A stretch of 64,000 bases of DNA from a virus: the IMG/VR virus record IMGVR_UViG_3300042484_001802; one strand, 5' to 3'. The notes beneath the pieces were generated by a model. That model searched no databases, was not told the origin of the DNA, and saw only the letters and a list, made by a program, of their open reading frames with translations. Each line of letters begins with the position of its first letter. Positions within the stretch are counted from its first letter, which is position 1. A program made the position numbers and the translations under genes. Below, one piece after another: positions 1 through 9,431 of this stretch.

Positions 1-546
1 ACAATCCAACGTTATGGTGGTTATAAAGAGGTTAGAGAACCAATTTTCAATTGTGATGAAAGTCAAATTATTAAAGGCGACAACATGATTAAAGCTGGTA
101 ATTCATTTTTAGATTTAATGGCTGAACGTGGAGCAGTTCTATTAGATACTGAAATTATTTTAGGTGATAATGAGCTGGGCTATACGGGACAACCAGATAA
201 GGTTTGGTTAATGATGAATAAGGATAACACCAATTACGGAATCGTAATTACTGATTGGAAAACAAATCAACCAAAAAACTTCGAGGTTCATCATTATACT
301 GGTAAATTGTATCCACCATTTAATGATTATCATGATAATGCATTAGGTCATTATTTTTTACAACTACCTCTTTATGTTCGTTTATTGTTAAAAATGTTAA
401 GTGGAACAAAATATGCCGATTTAAAATTACTAGGCGGTGTAATTGTATTATTAAAAGACGACGGAACATATGTTGAATATAAGGTACCGCCTGTTATTAG
501 TTCAACAATTTTAAGAATGGATTTAAGCAAATACACAAGAAAATGA
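1..546 (+). CDS. PD-(D/E)XK-family exonuclease (5'-truncated by the window edge)
   Basis: Frame is open from base 1. Motifs GQPDKV...ITDWKTN...YFLQLPLY match the D...DxK...Y-x-x-Q-L-x-x-Y pattern of RecB/Cas4-like phage nucleases. Confidence 0.7.
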   Translation, partial: TIQRYGGYKEVREPIFNCDESQIIKGDNMIKAGNSFLDLMAERGAVLLDTEIILGDNELGYTGQPDKVWLMMNKDNTNYGIVITDWKTNQPKNFEVHHYTGKLYPPFNDYHDNALGHYFLQLPLYVRLLLKMLSGTKYADLKLLGGVIVLLKDDGTYVEYKVPPVISSTILRMDLSKYTRK

Positions 547-1361
547 TAAAAAAAATAATTCATATCGCAGATTTACACATCCGTACATATCAAATGCACG
601 AGTTGTATAAAACACAGTTTGATAAGTTAATTGAAGAAGTACGTGAACATGCAGCACAATGGACTTCAGAAGGTATTCGATGGGAAGAAATTCGCATTGT
701 AATTGCTGGTGACATAGCACATCAAAAGATTAATATATCCAACGAACAATTACTATTAACTAGTTGGTTCTTAAATCAACTATCAAGTTATGGTATGGTT
801 GTTATCATCCCTGGAAATCACGACTTCTTAGAGAATAACCACGAGCGTTTAGACAGTATAACACCTATTATAGAATTGTTAAACAATAAAAATATTGTTT
901 ATTATAGAGACATGGGTGTTTATAAAGATGATAATGTTAATTGGGTTGTGTATTCATTATATCAGCATAATCAACGACCTGAATTTGAAAAAGAAGAAGG
1001 TAAACTACACATCGGATTATTTCACGGACCAATTCAAGGATTATCAACTGATTTAGGTTTTGAGTTTGAAGATGCATATGACCAATTAAATTTTAGAGAT
1101 TTAGATTTATTACTATGTGGCGACATTCACAAAAGACAAACCTTTACATTGCCTAGCGGTGGTAAAGGTGTAATGATTGGTTCTTTAATACAACAGAATT
1201 TCGGTGAGACAGTTAATCATCATGGTTATGGCGTCTATGATGTTAATACAAACACATATGAGTTTAAAAACTTACAAGTTGAACAACCATTTTTACATTT
1301 TAAAATCACAGACATAAATGATATCGAAGAGCAAAAAGAGCATCTCGTTAATCTTGGATGA
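543..1361 (+). CDS. sbcD: Metallophosphoesterase, SbcD/Mre11 (T4 gp47-like) nuclease subunit
   Basis: DLH, GD, PGNHD, FHG and GDIHK motifs; an SbcC-like ATPase lies 1.8 kb downstream. Confidence 0.85.
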   Translation: MIKKIIHIADLHIRTYQMHELYKTQFDKLIEEVREHAAQWTSEGIRWEEIRIVIAGDIAHQKINISNEQLLLTSWFLNQLSSYGMVVIIPGNHDFLENNHERLDSITPIIELLNNKNIVYYRDMGVYKDDNVNWVVYSLYQHNQRPEFEKEEGKLHIGLFHGPIQGLSTDLGFEFEDAYDQLNFRDLDLLLCGDIHKRQTFTLPSGGKGVMIGSLIQQNFGETVNHHGYGVYDVNTNTYEFKNLQVEQPFLHFKITDINDIEEQKEHLVNLG

Positions 1362-1839
1362 TGATTTTATACAATACTGCAAACTCAACAATATAGAGGA
1401 TCAACAATCATTTGCTAAAAGAATATTTAATCAAGGTTTCTCAATCATAAAGTACGGTGAAACCCCTAATGGGGTACAGGGTAAAGAGAAAATTGTGGAG
1501 AAGGAAGTTATCAAAGAAGTAATTGTTGAAAAGATTGTAGAGGTGGTGAAATTAGTAGAAGTCATCAAAGAAATACCTGTTGAGAAAATTGTGGAAATTA
1601 TAAAAGAAGTTCCAGTTAAAACGAAAGGGGAAACTCAAATTGTAACTAAAGAAGTTATTAAAGAGGTCTTTGTAGATAAAATAATCCCAGATGTTGAAAA
1701 GGATAAAACAATTCAAAAATTAACAGAGGAAAATCAAAAACTTACAAATGATTTAAATAAAATAACCACAGCGTTGGATAAGATGGGTAAAGCCAAGTAC
1801 CTTAAAAACAGCGACTTAAATGACTTGTATGGCGAATAA
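1318..1839 (+). CDS. Hypothetical protein with VEKIVEV/EVIKEV repeats and a C-terminal coiled coil
   Basis: ORF track; low-complexity V/E/K/I repeats. Confidence 0.7.
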   Translation: MISKSKKSISLILDDDFIQYCKLNNIEDQQSFAKRIFNQGFSIIKYGETPNGVQGKEKIVEKEVIKEVIVEKIVEVVKLVEVIKEIPVEKIVEIIKEVPVKTKGETQIVTKEVIKEVFVDKIIPDVEKDKTIQKLTEENQKLTNDLNKITTALDKMGKAKYLKNSDLNDLYGE

Positions 1840-1896
1840 AATCGGGCAACGGTTATTTTTTATTATGTGGTAAATAAAGTATATTAGTAAAAACAT

Positions 1897-2214
1897 ATGA
1901 ATATGACATTATTATTTTTCTGGGCTTTTATGGCTTACGGTATGACAACAATAATTGTTTACGGATCAATATTCGATAAACCTAGGGAGTTCATTAAGAG
2001 ACACTCAAAATTTTTTGGAGATCTTGTTGGTTGTATGCTTTGTACATCAACTTGGTGCGGATTTTTCTTATCATTAGTTTTGGGCGGGCTGTCAACTAAA
2101 ATATTTGACATTAATTGGATTCCAGCAATATTTTTTGATGGTATGTATACGGCCGGCATCGTCTGGGCTATAAACGGAATAGTTGAATTTTTTGAAGAAA
2201 GTAGAATAAAATAA
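1897..2214 (+). CDS. Small membrane protein, DUF1360-like
   Basis: Three hydrophobic segments and a CxxCxxxW motif (GCMLCTSTW). Confidence 0.55.
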   Translation: MNMTLLFFWAFMAYGMTTIIVYGSIFDKPREFIKRHSKFFGDLVGCMLCTSTWCGFFLSLVLGGLSTKIFDINWIPAIFFDGMYTAGIVWAINGIVEFFEESRIK

Positions 2215-2234
2215 TATAAATAAAATAACAAAAA

Positions 2235-3188
2235 ATGACATCAAGTGAATTTGAAGTAAAAAAAATTAAATGGTTGGAAACCGCTAAAACCAAAAAAGGT
2301 ATTATAGCACAGTTAGACCCTGACGGATTATATTCCGCGTTTATTATTAGTAGATTAACAGGATTAGATGTTGTTGGCGTATCGGATTTATATAACAACA
2401 TTTATGGTATTGATGAAAACGACAAGCTAAGTGATTATGTTTTTGTTGACGTTGAAATGTTCTTACCAGATGTATTATCTGTTGGTAATCATAATAACAT
2501 TACAAGCCCTAAAGTTTACGAGGAAATTAAAGACAGATTGGTTAATTGTTTAAACCCTAACTATCAGTTTGGTGTAACCGTAAAAGAATATACTGGTAAG
2601 TACCCGTTTGGTACCGCACATTATCTAATTGAATTATATTCAGAAGAATTAAATCTTCCTGAGTTATTTGAATCAAAAGAGTTATTACAACTTCTGTATA
2701 TTTCAGATGCGGTATATAATACGGTAAACAAATACCCCACAAACTTTAAGAACTGGGCAGATAAATTATTTAAAAACGATTTATTTCAAGATAAATTTTT
2801 AAAGGTATTATTTAAAAAATTTAGTTTCTCAAAAGACACAGAACGCTTATTAAACGAAGCAAAAAAGATGTTTGGTGGTTATGAATTCTTTAATAAACGT
2901 TTAAACAGTAAAAATATTGACGAAGAAACTCGTTTATCTTTGGTAAAAGAGAAATTAAATCACTTATCTTTACCATTCCAAAACTTAGGTATGGATTTTA
3001 CTAAAATAAACATGGATAAGAATATTAAACTTAATAGTCACAAATATGGTGGTTACAGTGGTAATGAATTACCAGAAGATATTACGCAAAACCCGGCATC
3101 ATTATATGAAAATGTGATGACAATTAATTACACAGGACAAAATATCATTTCTTTAACCTATATTCCAAAGGAAACACAAAATGTATAA
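2235..3188 (+). CDS. Hypothetical protein, possibly a divergent DHH-type phosphoesterase
   Basis: N-terminal LDPDG (DxDG), FVDVE and GNHNN motifs. Confidence 0.4.
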   Translation: MTSSEFEVKKIKWLETAKTKKGIIAQLDPDGLYSAFIISRLTGLDVVGVSDLYNNIYGIDENDKLSDYVFVDVEMFLPDVLSVGNHNNITSPKVYEEIKDRLVNCLNPNYQFGVTVKEYTGKYPFGTAHYLIELYSEELNLPELFESKELLQLLYISDAVYNTVNKYPTNFKNWADKLFKNDLFQDKFLKVLFKKFSFSKDTERLLNEAKKMFGGYEFFNKRLNSKNIDEETRLSLVKEKLNHLSLPFQNLGMDFTKINMDKNIKLNSHKYGGYSGNELPEDITQNPASLYENVMTINYTGQNIISLTYIPKETQNV

Positions 3189-5520
3189 TAACCCTTTTAT
3201 TAAAGTTGAGTGGGAAGATACTCCAGAGAATCTTACCCAAGAAAGAATCAAACGTGTTAAATCGTATTTCCAAAACAAATACAATAGCACGAATGTTAAG
3301 ATTGTTACAAAGACAATCAACAACTCATCCAATGCGAAGTTGAAATCGTTAGAGGCGTCTGATAATATATTGGACCCTCAATATCAAAAAAACTTGGTAA
3401 AGGAGTTCTTAACTGAGAACCAGTCAACGATTAAATGGGATTTTATAAATCGTTTAGATGACCGTGTTAATGGTGAAATCGATAAATTAAATCAGAACAA
3501 GGTTAGATATAATAAATGGTTTATTAAAAAGGTTGAATTCTCAAACTTCCTATCCTATGGTGAAGGGAATGTAATTGATTTTACAGATTTAGACGGCATC
3601 ACAGTAATTGAATCAACACCTAAAAATTTTGGTGGTAAGTCAACCGCAACTGTTGATTTATTGATGTTTTTGTTCTTTAATTCAACAACCAAAACAAAAA
3701 CTAACGGAGAGATATTCAACAAGTTTTCCGATTCAGATGAAGTTAAGGTAAAAGGTGAGGTTACAATTGATGGTGATGATTATCTTATCAGTAGAACTAT
3801 TACTCGCAAAAAAAGTAAGTCAGGTGAATACACGGTTAAAAATGATTTGGAGTTCTTTAAGAAATCACCAGAAGGTGAATTGATTAATTTATCTGGTGAA
3901 CAAAGAAGAGAGACAGAGATATTAATTACATCCGCTATTGGAACTGAAGAAGATTTCTTATCTACAATTTTAACAACTGGTTATAACTTAGAAGAACTTA
4001 TTGAAAGTAAACCAACTGCTAGAGGACAAATCATCACTAAATTTCTTGGGTTAGAATCCTTAAAACAAAAAGAGGATATTGCTAAAGAAATGTATAGTGA
4101 ATGGAGTAAGAAATTAGTTTCTAACACCAACAACAAAACAGATTTAGAGGATCAGATTAAAACGTTTGAAGATTCAATTGAAAATTCTAATACGCAGATT
4201 GGTGAATTAGGTGTAGCTTTAGATGGTTTTAAAGACGCCTTAAAAAATCTAGAAGATAGACGAGATTTTATATTGGGTCAAAAGAATAACGACATCGATG
4301 ATGATCTTATAAGAACTAACCCAACTTTATTGCAAAGAGAGATTGATGACCTTAAGCGTCTTCAATCATCTAGTAAGAGCCAAGGCGATGCGGTAAGTGT
4401 TGTGGAGCCATCGCAGTATTATTTAGACGAAGAACACGATAAGTTAAAAGATAAAGTTAATTCAATCGTTGTTGAAGGTAAACTGGTTAGTGAAACCATT
4501 ACTCGTAATGAAAATTTAGTTAATCAATTAGAAAAAGGTAGTGTATGTCCAACATGTCACAGAGCGTTAGATGAGGTTGACCACACTAGTGAGATTGAAA
4601 AAATCAAGAAAGAGATTGAGGATTTAAAAACTAAACAAGGGGAACTAAAATCTCAATACACCGAAGCAAATGACGCTGAAAAGTTATACGCTGCGATTAA
4701 AAAAGAATATGACGAATACGAAAGAAATAAACTTCGTAAAAGTAGATTCGAATTAGAGGTTGAACAAAAACAAGTTGAGATTGATTCTAAACAATCAAAG
4801 TTAGACCGCTATGATAGCAACAAATCTAAATTGGAAAATAACCAAAAGATTGAGGCAGAAATCATTACTTTAAGAACTAAGATTGAAACAGCAAACGCGG
4901 ATATTCAACAAACCTTAAACAATATTGAAAGACATAAAAATAATATTAGCAATCTTAAAGAAAAGATTGAAAACAATATTAAGTTGATTGAAAAAATTAA
5001 AGGCGAGGAAGAATATTTGCAAGTGTTCAAAACCTACTTGATGGTGTTTGGTAAGAATGGTATTTCAAAAGTTATCTTGAAAAATATGATACCACTTCTA
5101 AATCAAGAATTATCAAGATTGCTTTTAGATAGTTCATACTTCACACTAGAATTGAATATCAATGACAAGAATGAAGTTGAATTCATTATGATTGATAATG
5201 AAACAAGAGTGGTTAAACCACTTAATGCTGGCTCTGGTTATGAAAGAACAATATCGTCATTAGCATTAAGAAGTGTATTAACTAAAGTGTCATCTCTACC
5301 TAAACCAAACATTGTAGTGATGGACGAAGTATTTGGTAAGATAGCTGATGAAAATTTAGAAATGGTTGGTGAGTTCTTTAAAAAGATTAAGAATTATTTC
5401 GAACATATATTTGTTATCTCACACAACCCGTTAATTAGAAACTGGTCAGATAATATTATCATGGTTAAGAAAGATGATAACATATCATCAATCGACTATG
5501 TGACGGCTAAAATGAATTAG
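3181..5520 (+). CDS. sbcC: SbcC/Rad50 (T4 gp46-like) ABC ATPase with an N-terminal extension
   Basis: Walker A FGGKST, long coiled coil, zinc hook CPTC, signature GSGYE, Walker B VVMDE, H-loop ISH. Confidence 0.9.
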   Translation: MYNNPFIKVEWEDTPENLTQERIKRVKSYFQNKYNSTNVKIVTKTINNSSNAKLKSLEASDNILDPQYQKNLVKEFLTENQSTIKWDFINRLDDRVNGEIDKLNQNKVRYNKWFIKKVEFSNFLSYGEGNVIDFTDLDGITVIESTPKNFGGKSTATVDLLMFLFFNSTTKTKTNGEIFNKFSDSDEVKVKGEVTIDGDDYLISRTITRKKSKSGEYTVKNDLEFFKKSPEGELINLSGEQRRETEILITSAIGTEEDFLSTILTTGYNLEELIESKPTARGQIITKFLGLESLKQKEDIAKEMYSEWSKKLVSNTNNKTDLEDQIKTFEDSIENSNTQIGELGVALDGFKDALKNLEDRRDFILGQKNNDIDDDLIRTNPTLLQREIDDLKRLQSSSKSQGDAVSVVEPSQYYLDEEHDKLKDKVNSIVVEGKLVSETITRNENLVNQLEKGSVCPTCHRALDEVDHTSEIEKIKKEIEDLKTKQGELKSQYTEANDAEKLYAAIKKEYDEYERNKLRKSRFELEVEQKQVEIDSKQSKLDRYDSNKSKLENNQKIEAEIITLRTKIETANADIQQTLNNIERHKNNISNLKEKIENNIKLIEKIKGEEEYLQVFKTYLMVFGKNGISKVILKNMIPLLNQELSRLLLDSSYFTLELNINDKNEVEFIMIDNETRVVKPLNAGSGYERTISSLALRSVLTKVSSLPKPNIVVMDEVFGKIADENLEMVGEFFKKIKNYFEHIFVISHNPLIRNWSDNIIMVKKDDNISSIDYVTAKMN

Positions 5521-6311
5521 GTATTAAGATGTTGATAGATTGCGAGTAATGCTTTTTGAAATACGTCAATAGTGTTCTCGCAATCAGTTAACGCTTCATG
5601 AGCCATTTCTAATTTCTTAGCATACTCATCTGGATCTGGGTTAAACCCTTTCACTAAATCAGCGAGTGCGCTTGATTTTTTATTTTCGCCTGGAATTTGA
5701 TTGTACAATGTTTTATGTCTATCACTTGTCTTTGATAATTCAGCTAAAATTGGGTGAAATCTATATCTAAAGAATTCTAGTGTATCAAAGACCAAACGGT
5801 TTTTTGTTTTAAACACTTCACTTATTTCAACAAACGGCAAATCAAATGGTGCATTATGTATAAATAAAATAACATCACCATGAGAATCTAGATAGTTATC
5901 AAATTCTTCTAGTGCTTCTCTTTCTTCAGTAAATGATTCTGAGTTTGCTAAATCGTAATGGTTATATTTTAAAATTGCTTTTTTAGAATAACTAAACATC
6001 TTTTTTAATCTTTCTGGGTCATCTGGCAATTCTCTATCAGGTTCATCATTAACCTTGGCTAACATTTCTGGATTTAATTTAATTTTAACATTAAATCTAT
6101 CTATTTCAGCAAACCTTAGGGTTTCGGTATTAAAGAATGTCGCTATGGCTCCAATTTGGGTTAATTGGTCACCACTTGAGGGTCCACGGCCGGTTGTTTC
6201 GGTGTCGAAGAACACATATGTGTGATCAGCGTGGTCTGCAAACCACCTTAATAATTTATTAGCACCCGGAGAAACAATCTCCTCATTTAGCACGTCTAAG
6301 ATTTTTATCAT
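5517..6311 (-). CDS. DEDDh 3'-5' exonuclease (DnaQ-like)
   Basis: ExoI FFDTETTG, ExoII HNAPFD, ExoIII AHEALTD. Confidence 0.85.
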   Translation of the reverse strand: MIKILDVLNEEIVSPGANKLLRWFADHADHTYVFFDTETTGRGPSSGDQLTQIGAIATFFNTETLRFAEIDRFNVKIKLNPEMLAKVNDEPDRELPDDPERLKKMFSYSKKAILKYNHYDLANSESFTEEREALEEFDNYLDSHGDVILFIHNAPFDLPFVEISEVFKTKNRLVFDTLEFFRYRFHPILAELSKTSDRHKTLYNQIPGENKKSSALADLVKGFNPDPDEYAKKLEMAHEALTDCENTIDVFQKALLAIYQHLNT

Positions 6312-6351
6312 AATAATAAATATGAAATTTTTTTTATTGGGGTTAAAATCA

Positions 6352-6359
6352 TATATTTG
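6352..6359 (+). promoter_or_regulatory. Bacteroidota-type -7 promoter element (TAnnTTTG) upstream of clpP
   Basis: TATATTTG 17 nt before the clpP ATG; the same 8-mer occurs at 16661-16668, with variants at 1880, 17171, 20084 and 55493. Confidence 0.45.
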
Positions 6360-6376
6360 TTAAAAAGATAGATACT

Positions 6377-7048
6377 ATGACACCCAAAGATTACAAAGAT
6401 TTTGGTTTATATGCAAAAGACCGTGGGATTAGTTCCTTAAACATGCATTATCATCAAAAAAGTATTGAGGATAGTTTAACACCGTATGTCTTAGAAGAAA
6501 GACAAATGAATGTCACACAAATGGATGTTTTTTCACGTTTAATGATGGAAAGAATCATTTGGGTTGCTGGTGAGGTTAACGATAATATGTCAGTGATTAC
6601 TCAAGCACAGTTAATGTTCCTAGACAGTTTAGATACTAATGACATAACTATGCATATCGATACCCCAGGCGGAAGCGTTAAATCTGGTTTATCAATGGTT
6701 GATGTTATGGATTACATTAAGTCCGATATTAGGACGATTAATACTGGAATGGCCGCATCTATGGGTTCAATCCTTTTAGGAGCAGGAACAAAGGGAAAAC
6801 GTGGTTCATTGAGATTCTCAAGAACAATGTTACACCAATCATCTGGAGGTTTTAGAGGTAACATCCAAGATGCTAAGATTGATATGGTTGAGTGGGATAA
6901 ATTAAATAACACATTATTTGACCTATTAGGTGGTTATTGTGGTAAAACAGGTGAACAAGTTAAACAAGATGCATCTAGGGATCTCTGGTTGAGTTCTGAC
7001 GATGCTTTAGCATATGGTATTATTGACGAAGTTGTCAAAAGAAAATAG
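6377..7048 (+). CDS. clpP: ATP-dependent Clp protease proteolytic subunit
   Basis: DVFSRLMMERII, IDTPGGSV, GMAASMG (catalytic Ser), MLHQ (His), RDLWLS...YGIID. Confidence 0.95.
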   Translation: MTPKDYKDFGLYAKDRGISSLNMHYHQKSIEDSLTPYVLEERQMNVTQMDVFSRLMMERIIWVAGEVNDNMSVITQAQLMFLDSLDTNDITMHIDTPGGSVKSGLSMVDVMDYIKSDIRTINTGMAASMGSILLGAGTKGKRGSLRFSRTMLHQSSGGFRGNIQDAKIDMVEWDKLNNTLFDLLGGYCGKTGEQVKQDASRDLWLSSDDALAYGIIDEVVKRK

Positions 7049-7083
7049 GGTTAATTTATTCAACATTTTGGTTTCAACAAATC

Positions 7084-7109
7084 GGGAAGTTTTTAACTTC
7101 CCTTTTTTT
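7084..7109 (+). terminator. Rho-independent terminator after clpP
   Basis: GGGAAGTT-ttt-AACTTCCC stem followed by T7. Confidence 0.85.
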
Positions 7110-7132
7110 ATTTATTCCCTTATATTTATTCC

Positions 7133-7206
7133 TAGACCTTGTGGTTGAAGTCGAAGTGTCCCAGAGGCATTTGAGTTGGAATTAATACCAACGAATTCGG
7201 GTTCAA
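7133..7206 (+). ncRNA. Candidate structured 5' leader RNA (three-way junction)
   Basis: P1 7145-7155/7196-7206 (one G-G mismatch) encloses hairpins GTGTC-ccaga-GGCAT and GTTGG-aattaata-CCAAC; GC-richer than the surrounding intergenic DNA. Confidence 0.45.
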
Positions 7207-7227
7207 ATACAAAAAAAATATAAGGAA

Positions 7228-8025
7228 ATGAACAGAAGAATTTCAGTTAACACAACTGGTCTTGCTGTACCACAATCTTTCATTACTAAAGGTAAACAAA
7301 GATTAAAACAGCACATTGACACCGTATATCTTAATAACGGTGATGAGTTCGAAATCGAACTTTTTAATCCAACACACAATAAAGTTTTAGCAAAAATTGA
7401 GATGAATGGTAATGCCGTTGGTAATGGTATTATAATTCGTCCAGGTGAACGCGTTTTCCTCGAAAGATATCTTGATGAGGCAAAGAAGTTTTTATTTGAA
7501 ACATATGTTGTAAATGGTGATAATTTAGAAGTACAAGAAGCAATTGCTGATAATGGTGATGTGGTTATTAAGTTCTATAACGAAACTCCTCCACCGACAT
7601 ATTATAGCGGTAATTCAGGCACGTTAACGATATCTAACCCAGGTTGGATAAACAACACGGGAACACAATATTACAACATTCCAAACTTTTCCACAACAAG
7701 TACAAGTACGTTTTACAATGCGTCTTTAACAAGTGGAACGTTTAGTACCTCAAATACATTCTTAAACAACCCCGATAAGGTTAAAAAATCTAAAAGACAG
7801 GTTGAAACAGGTAGAGTTGAAAAGGGTTCCAATTCTAATCAATCCTTTACATACGATAGCACATCTTTCAATAGTTGGGCGTCTAACACAAATTGGTGGA
7901 AAATAAAACCCAAATCAACTCAATTGGTAACAATGGATGATTTGGCTACATATTGCACTGAATGTGGCGGGAAAAGGAAAAAAGACACATATAAGTTCTG
8001 CCCACAATGTGGTACAAAATACTAA
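7228..8025 (+). CDS. Hypothetical protein with a C-terminal zinc ribbon
   Basis: C-terminal CTECG...FCPQCG; S/T/N-rich linker. Confidence 0.7.
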   Translation: MNRRISVNTTGLAVPQSFITKGKQRLKQHIDTVYLNNGDEFEIELFNPTHNKVLAKIEMNGNAVGNGIIIRPGERVFLERYLDEAKKFLFETYVVNGDNLEVQEAIADNGDVVIKFYNETPPPTYYSGNSGTLTISNPGWINNTGTQYYNIPNFSTTSTSTFYNASLTSGTFSTSNTFLNNPDKVKKSKRQVETGRVEKGSNSNQSFTYDSTSFNSWASNTNWWKIKPKSTQLVTMDDLATYCTECGGKRKKDTYKFCPQCGTKY

Positions 8026-8050
8026 TAAACTAATCACAAGGTCTAACTCT

Positions 8051-8074
8051 GAGGTCGCTTTTGCGACCTCTTTG
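8051..8074 (+). terminator. Rho-independent terminator
   Basis: GAGGTCGC-tttt-GCGACCTC perfect 8-bp stem followed by TTTG. Confidence 0.75.
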
Positions 8075-8096
8075 TATTTATAATAAAACAGATAAT

Positions 8097-8432
8097 ATGA
8101 AGATTGATAAAACAAACATCCTATTAGTTTTGATTGCTTGTTTGGCTGGCTATACCATATTTCAAAATCAAGGTATAAAAACTGACGTTGCGGGTTATAA
8201 CGCTAAAATTGAATCCTTACAAAAGGAAATTGATTCGGTTTATATTGCAAACAAAGAAATAGACAATCAAATCGAAAAAGTTGATAATCACATTGTTAAT
8301 GTTGATAAAGATATCGACAACGTGACAAAAAACATAACTATTATTAAAAACAACACAGATGAAAAAGTTAATTCTATTACTACTATTGGTAATGTTGAGC
8401 TTGAGCAGTTATTCGCAAACAGATACAACTAA
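8097..8432 (+). CDS. N-terminal TM plus coiled-coil protein (i-spanin-like)
   Basis: Likely start is ATG 8097 (MKIDKTNILLVLIACLAGY); coiled coil follows; overlaps the next gene by 74 nt. Confidence 0.55.
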   Translation: MKIDKTNILLVLIACLAGYTIFQNQGIKTDVAGYNAKIESLQKEIDSVYIANKEIDNQIEKVDNHIVNVDKDIDNVTKNITIIKNNTDEKVNSITTIGNVELEQLFANRYN

Positions 8433-8784
8433 AGTTATTGTATTAGATACTACTAAAGTTACTATACCAACAAAAGTTGCTAGATTAGTATTTCAAGATT
8501 TGCTTCGTTACGACGGTGCTAAGTTAGAAATTATTGAGTTAAATAAAGTAATAACACTAAAAGACGAACAAATTGGTTTGTTTAAACAAAAAGACACTTT
8601 AAAAGACCAAAAAATAACAAACTTAGAAGTTATTATTTCTAAGAAAGATGAACAGTTTGGTTTAGAAAGACAAAAATCTGAAAGTTTATTAAAAGAACTT
8701 AAAGGGCAAAGAACCAAAACATTTTTATATAAAGTTGGAACTTATGTCGGGATAATTGCTACTAGTATATTATTGATTAAGTAA
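8359..8784 (+). CDS. Secreted coiled-coil protein with a C-terminal membrane anchor (spanin-like?)
   Basis: Signal peptide MKKLILLLLLVMLSLSSYS followed by Gln; hydrophobic C-terminus. Confidence 0.55.
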   Translation: MKKLILLLLLVMLSLSSYSQTDTTKVIVLDTTKVTIPTKVARLVFQDLLRYDGAKLEIIELNKVITLKDEQIGLFKQKDTLKDQKITNLEVIISKKDEQFGLERQKSESLLKELKGQRTKTFLYKVGTYVGIIATSILLIK

Positions 8785-8785
8785 T

Positions 8786-9427
8786 ATGAAAAAACATTTA
8801 ACAGCCAAGAATTTTATTATTGTTATTTTAATAATTTTATTATTCTTGGCTTTTTACAATCCAGGCGGGCATTTACCAAATAGAACAATCACAAGGGTTG
8901 ATTCAATAGGTTATGCCGTACACGATACAATATCAGTGGATAGTTTAATTGAGGTAGAAATTGAAATTGAGGTTCCAGTTGAGGTGGAGGTTGAAAAAAG
9001 AGTAGAGGTACAGGTATTAACACCAGTTGACACAACAGAAATTTTAAAGATTTATTTTGCGAAAATCCAACATAAAGATGTGCTAACATTACCTAACAAT
9101 GTTGGGACTATTACGATTATGGATACAATATCTAAAAATAGTATTGTTAACAGAAAGTTTATTAGTGACATTAAACAAATGATTATTAAAGATACAGTTT
9201 ACACAAAAGAACCTAAGAAAGGTCAAATGTACTTTGGATTTAATGGTAGTTTAAGTAAACCTGATGTAGTTTCACATCTTGGCACTGGTATAATGTATAA
9301 AACAAAAGAAGATAAGATATATCATCTAGGTATTGGTGTGGCAAACAGAATCTTAGACGGGACGACCGGAAAATTTACCCCATATGTTGACGGCGGTGTT
9401 TATTTTAAGATAAAAACAAGAAGGTAA
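8786..9427 (+). CDS. Membrane-anchored protein with a beta-rich C-terminus
   Basis: N-terminal TM helix, VEVE repeat, alternating aromatic/Gly strands at the C-terminus. Confidence 0.6.
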   Translation: MKKHLTAKNFIIVILIILLFLAFYNPGGHLPNRTITRVDSIGYAVHDTISVDSLIEVEIEIEVPVEVEVEKRVEVQVLTPVDTTEILKIYFAKIQHKDVLTLPNNVGTITIMDTISKNSIVNRKFISDIKQMIIKDTVYTKEPKKGQMYFGFNGSLSKPDVVSHLGTGIMYKTKEDKIYHLGIGVANRILDGTTGKFTPYVDGGVYFKIKTRR

Positions 9428-9431
9428 TTAA

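Noticed and set aside
7145-7206. Hammerhead ribozyme
   Set aside because: Three-stem layout with GA-stem-GAA is present, but the CUGANGA core and the cleavage triplet are absent.
7196-7210. tRNA-like T-loop GGGTTCAAAT
   Set aside because: No T-stem closure (followed by ACAAAA), no acceptor stem or cloverleaf.
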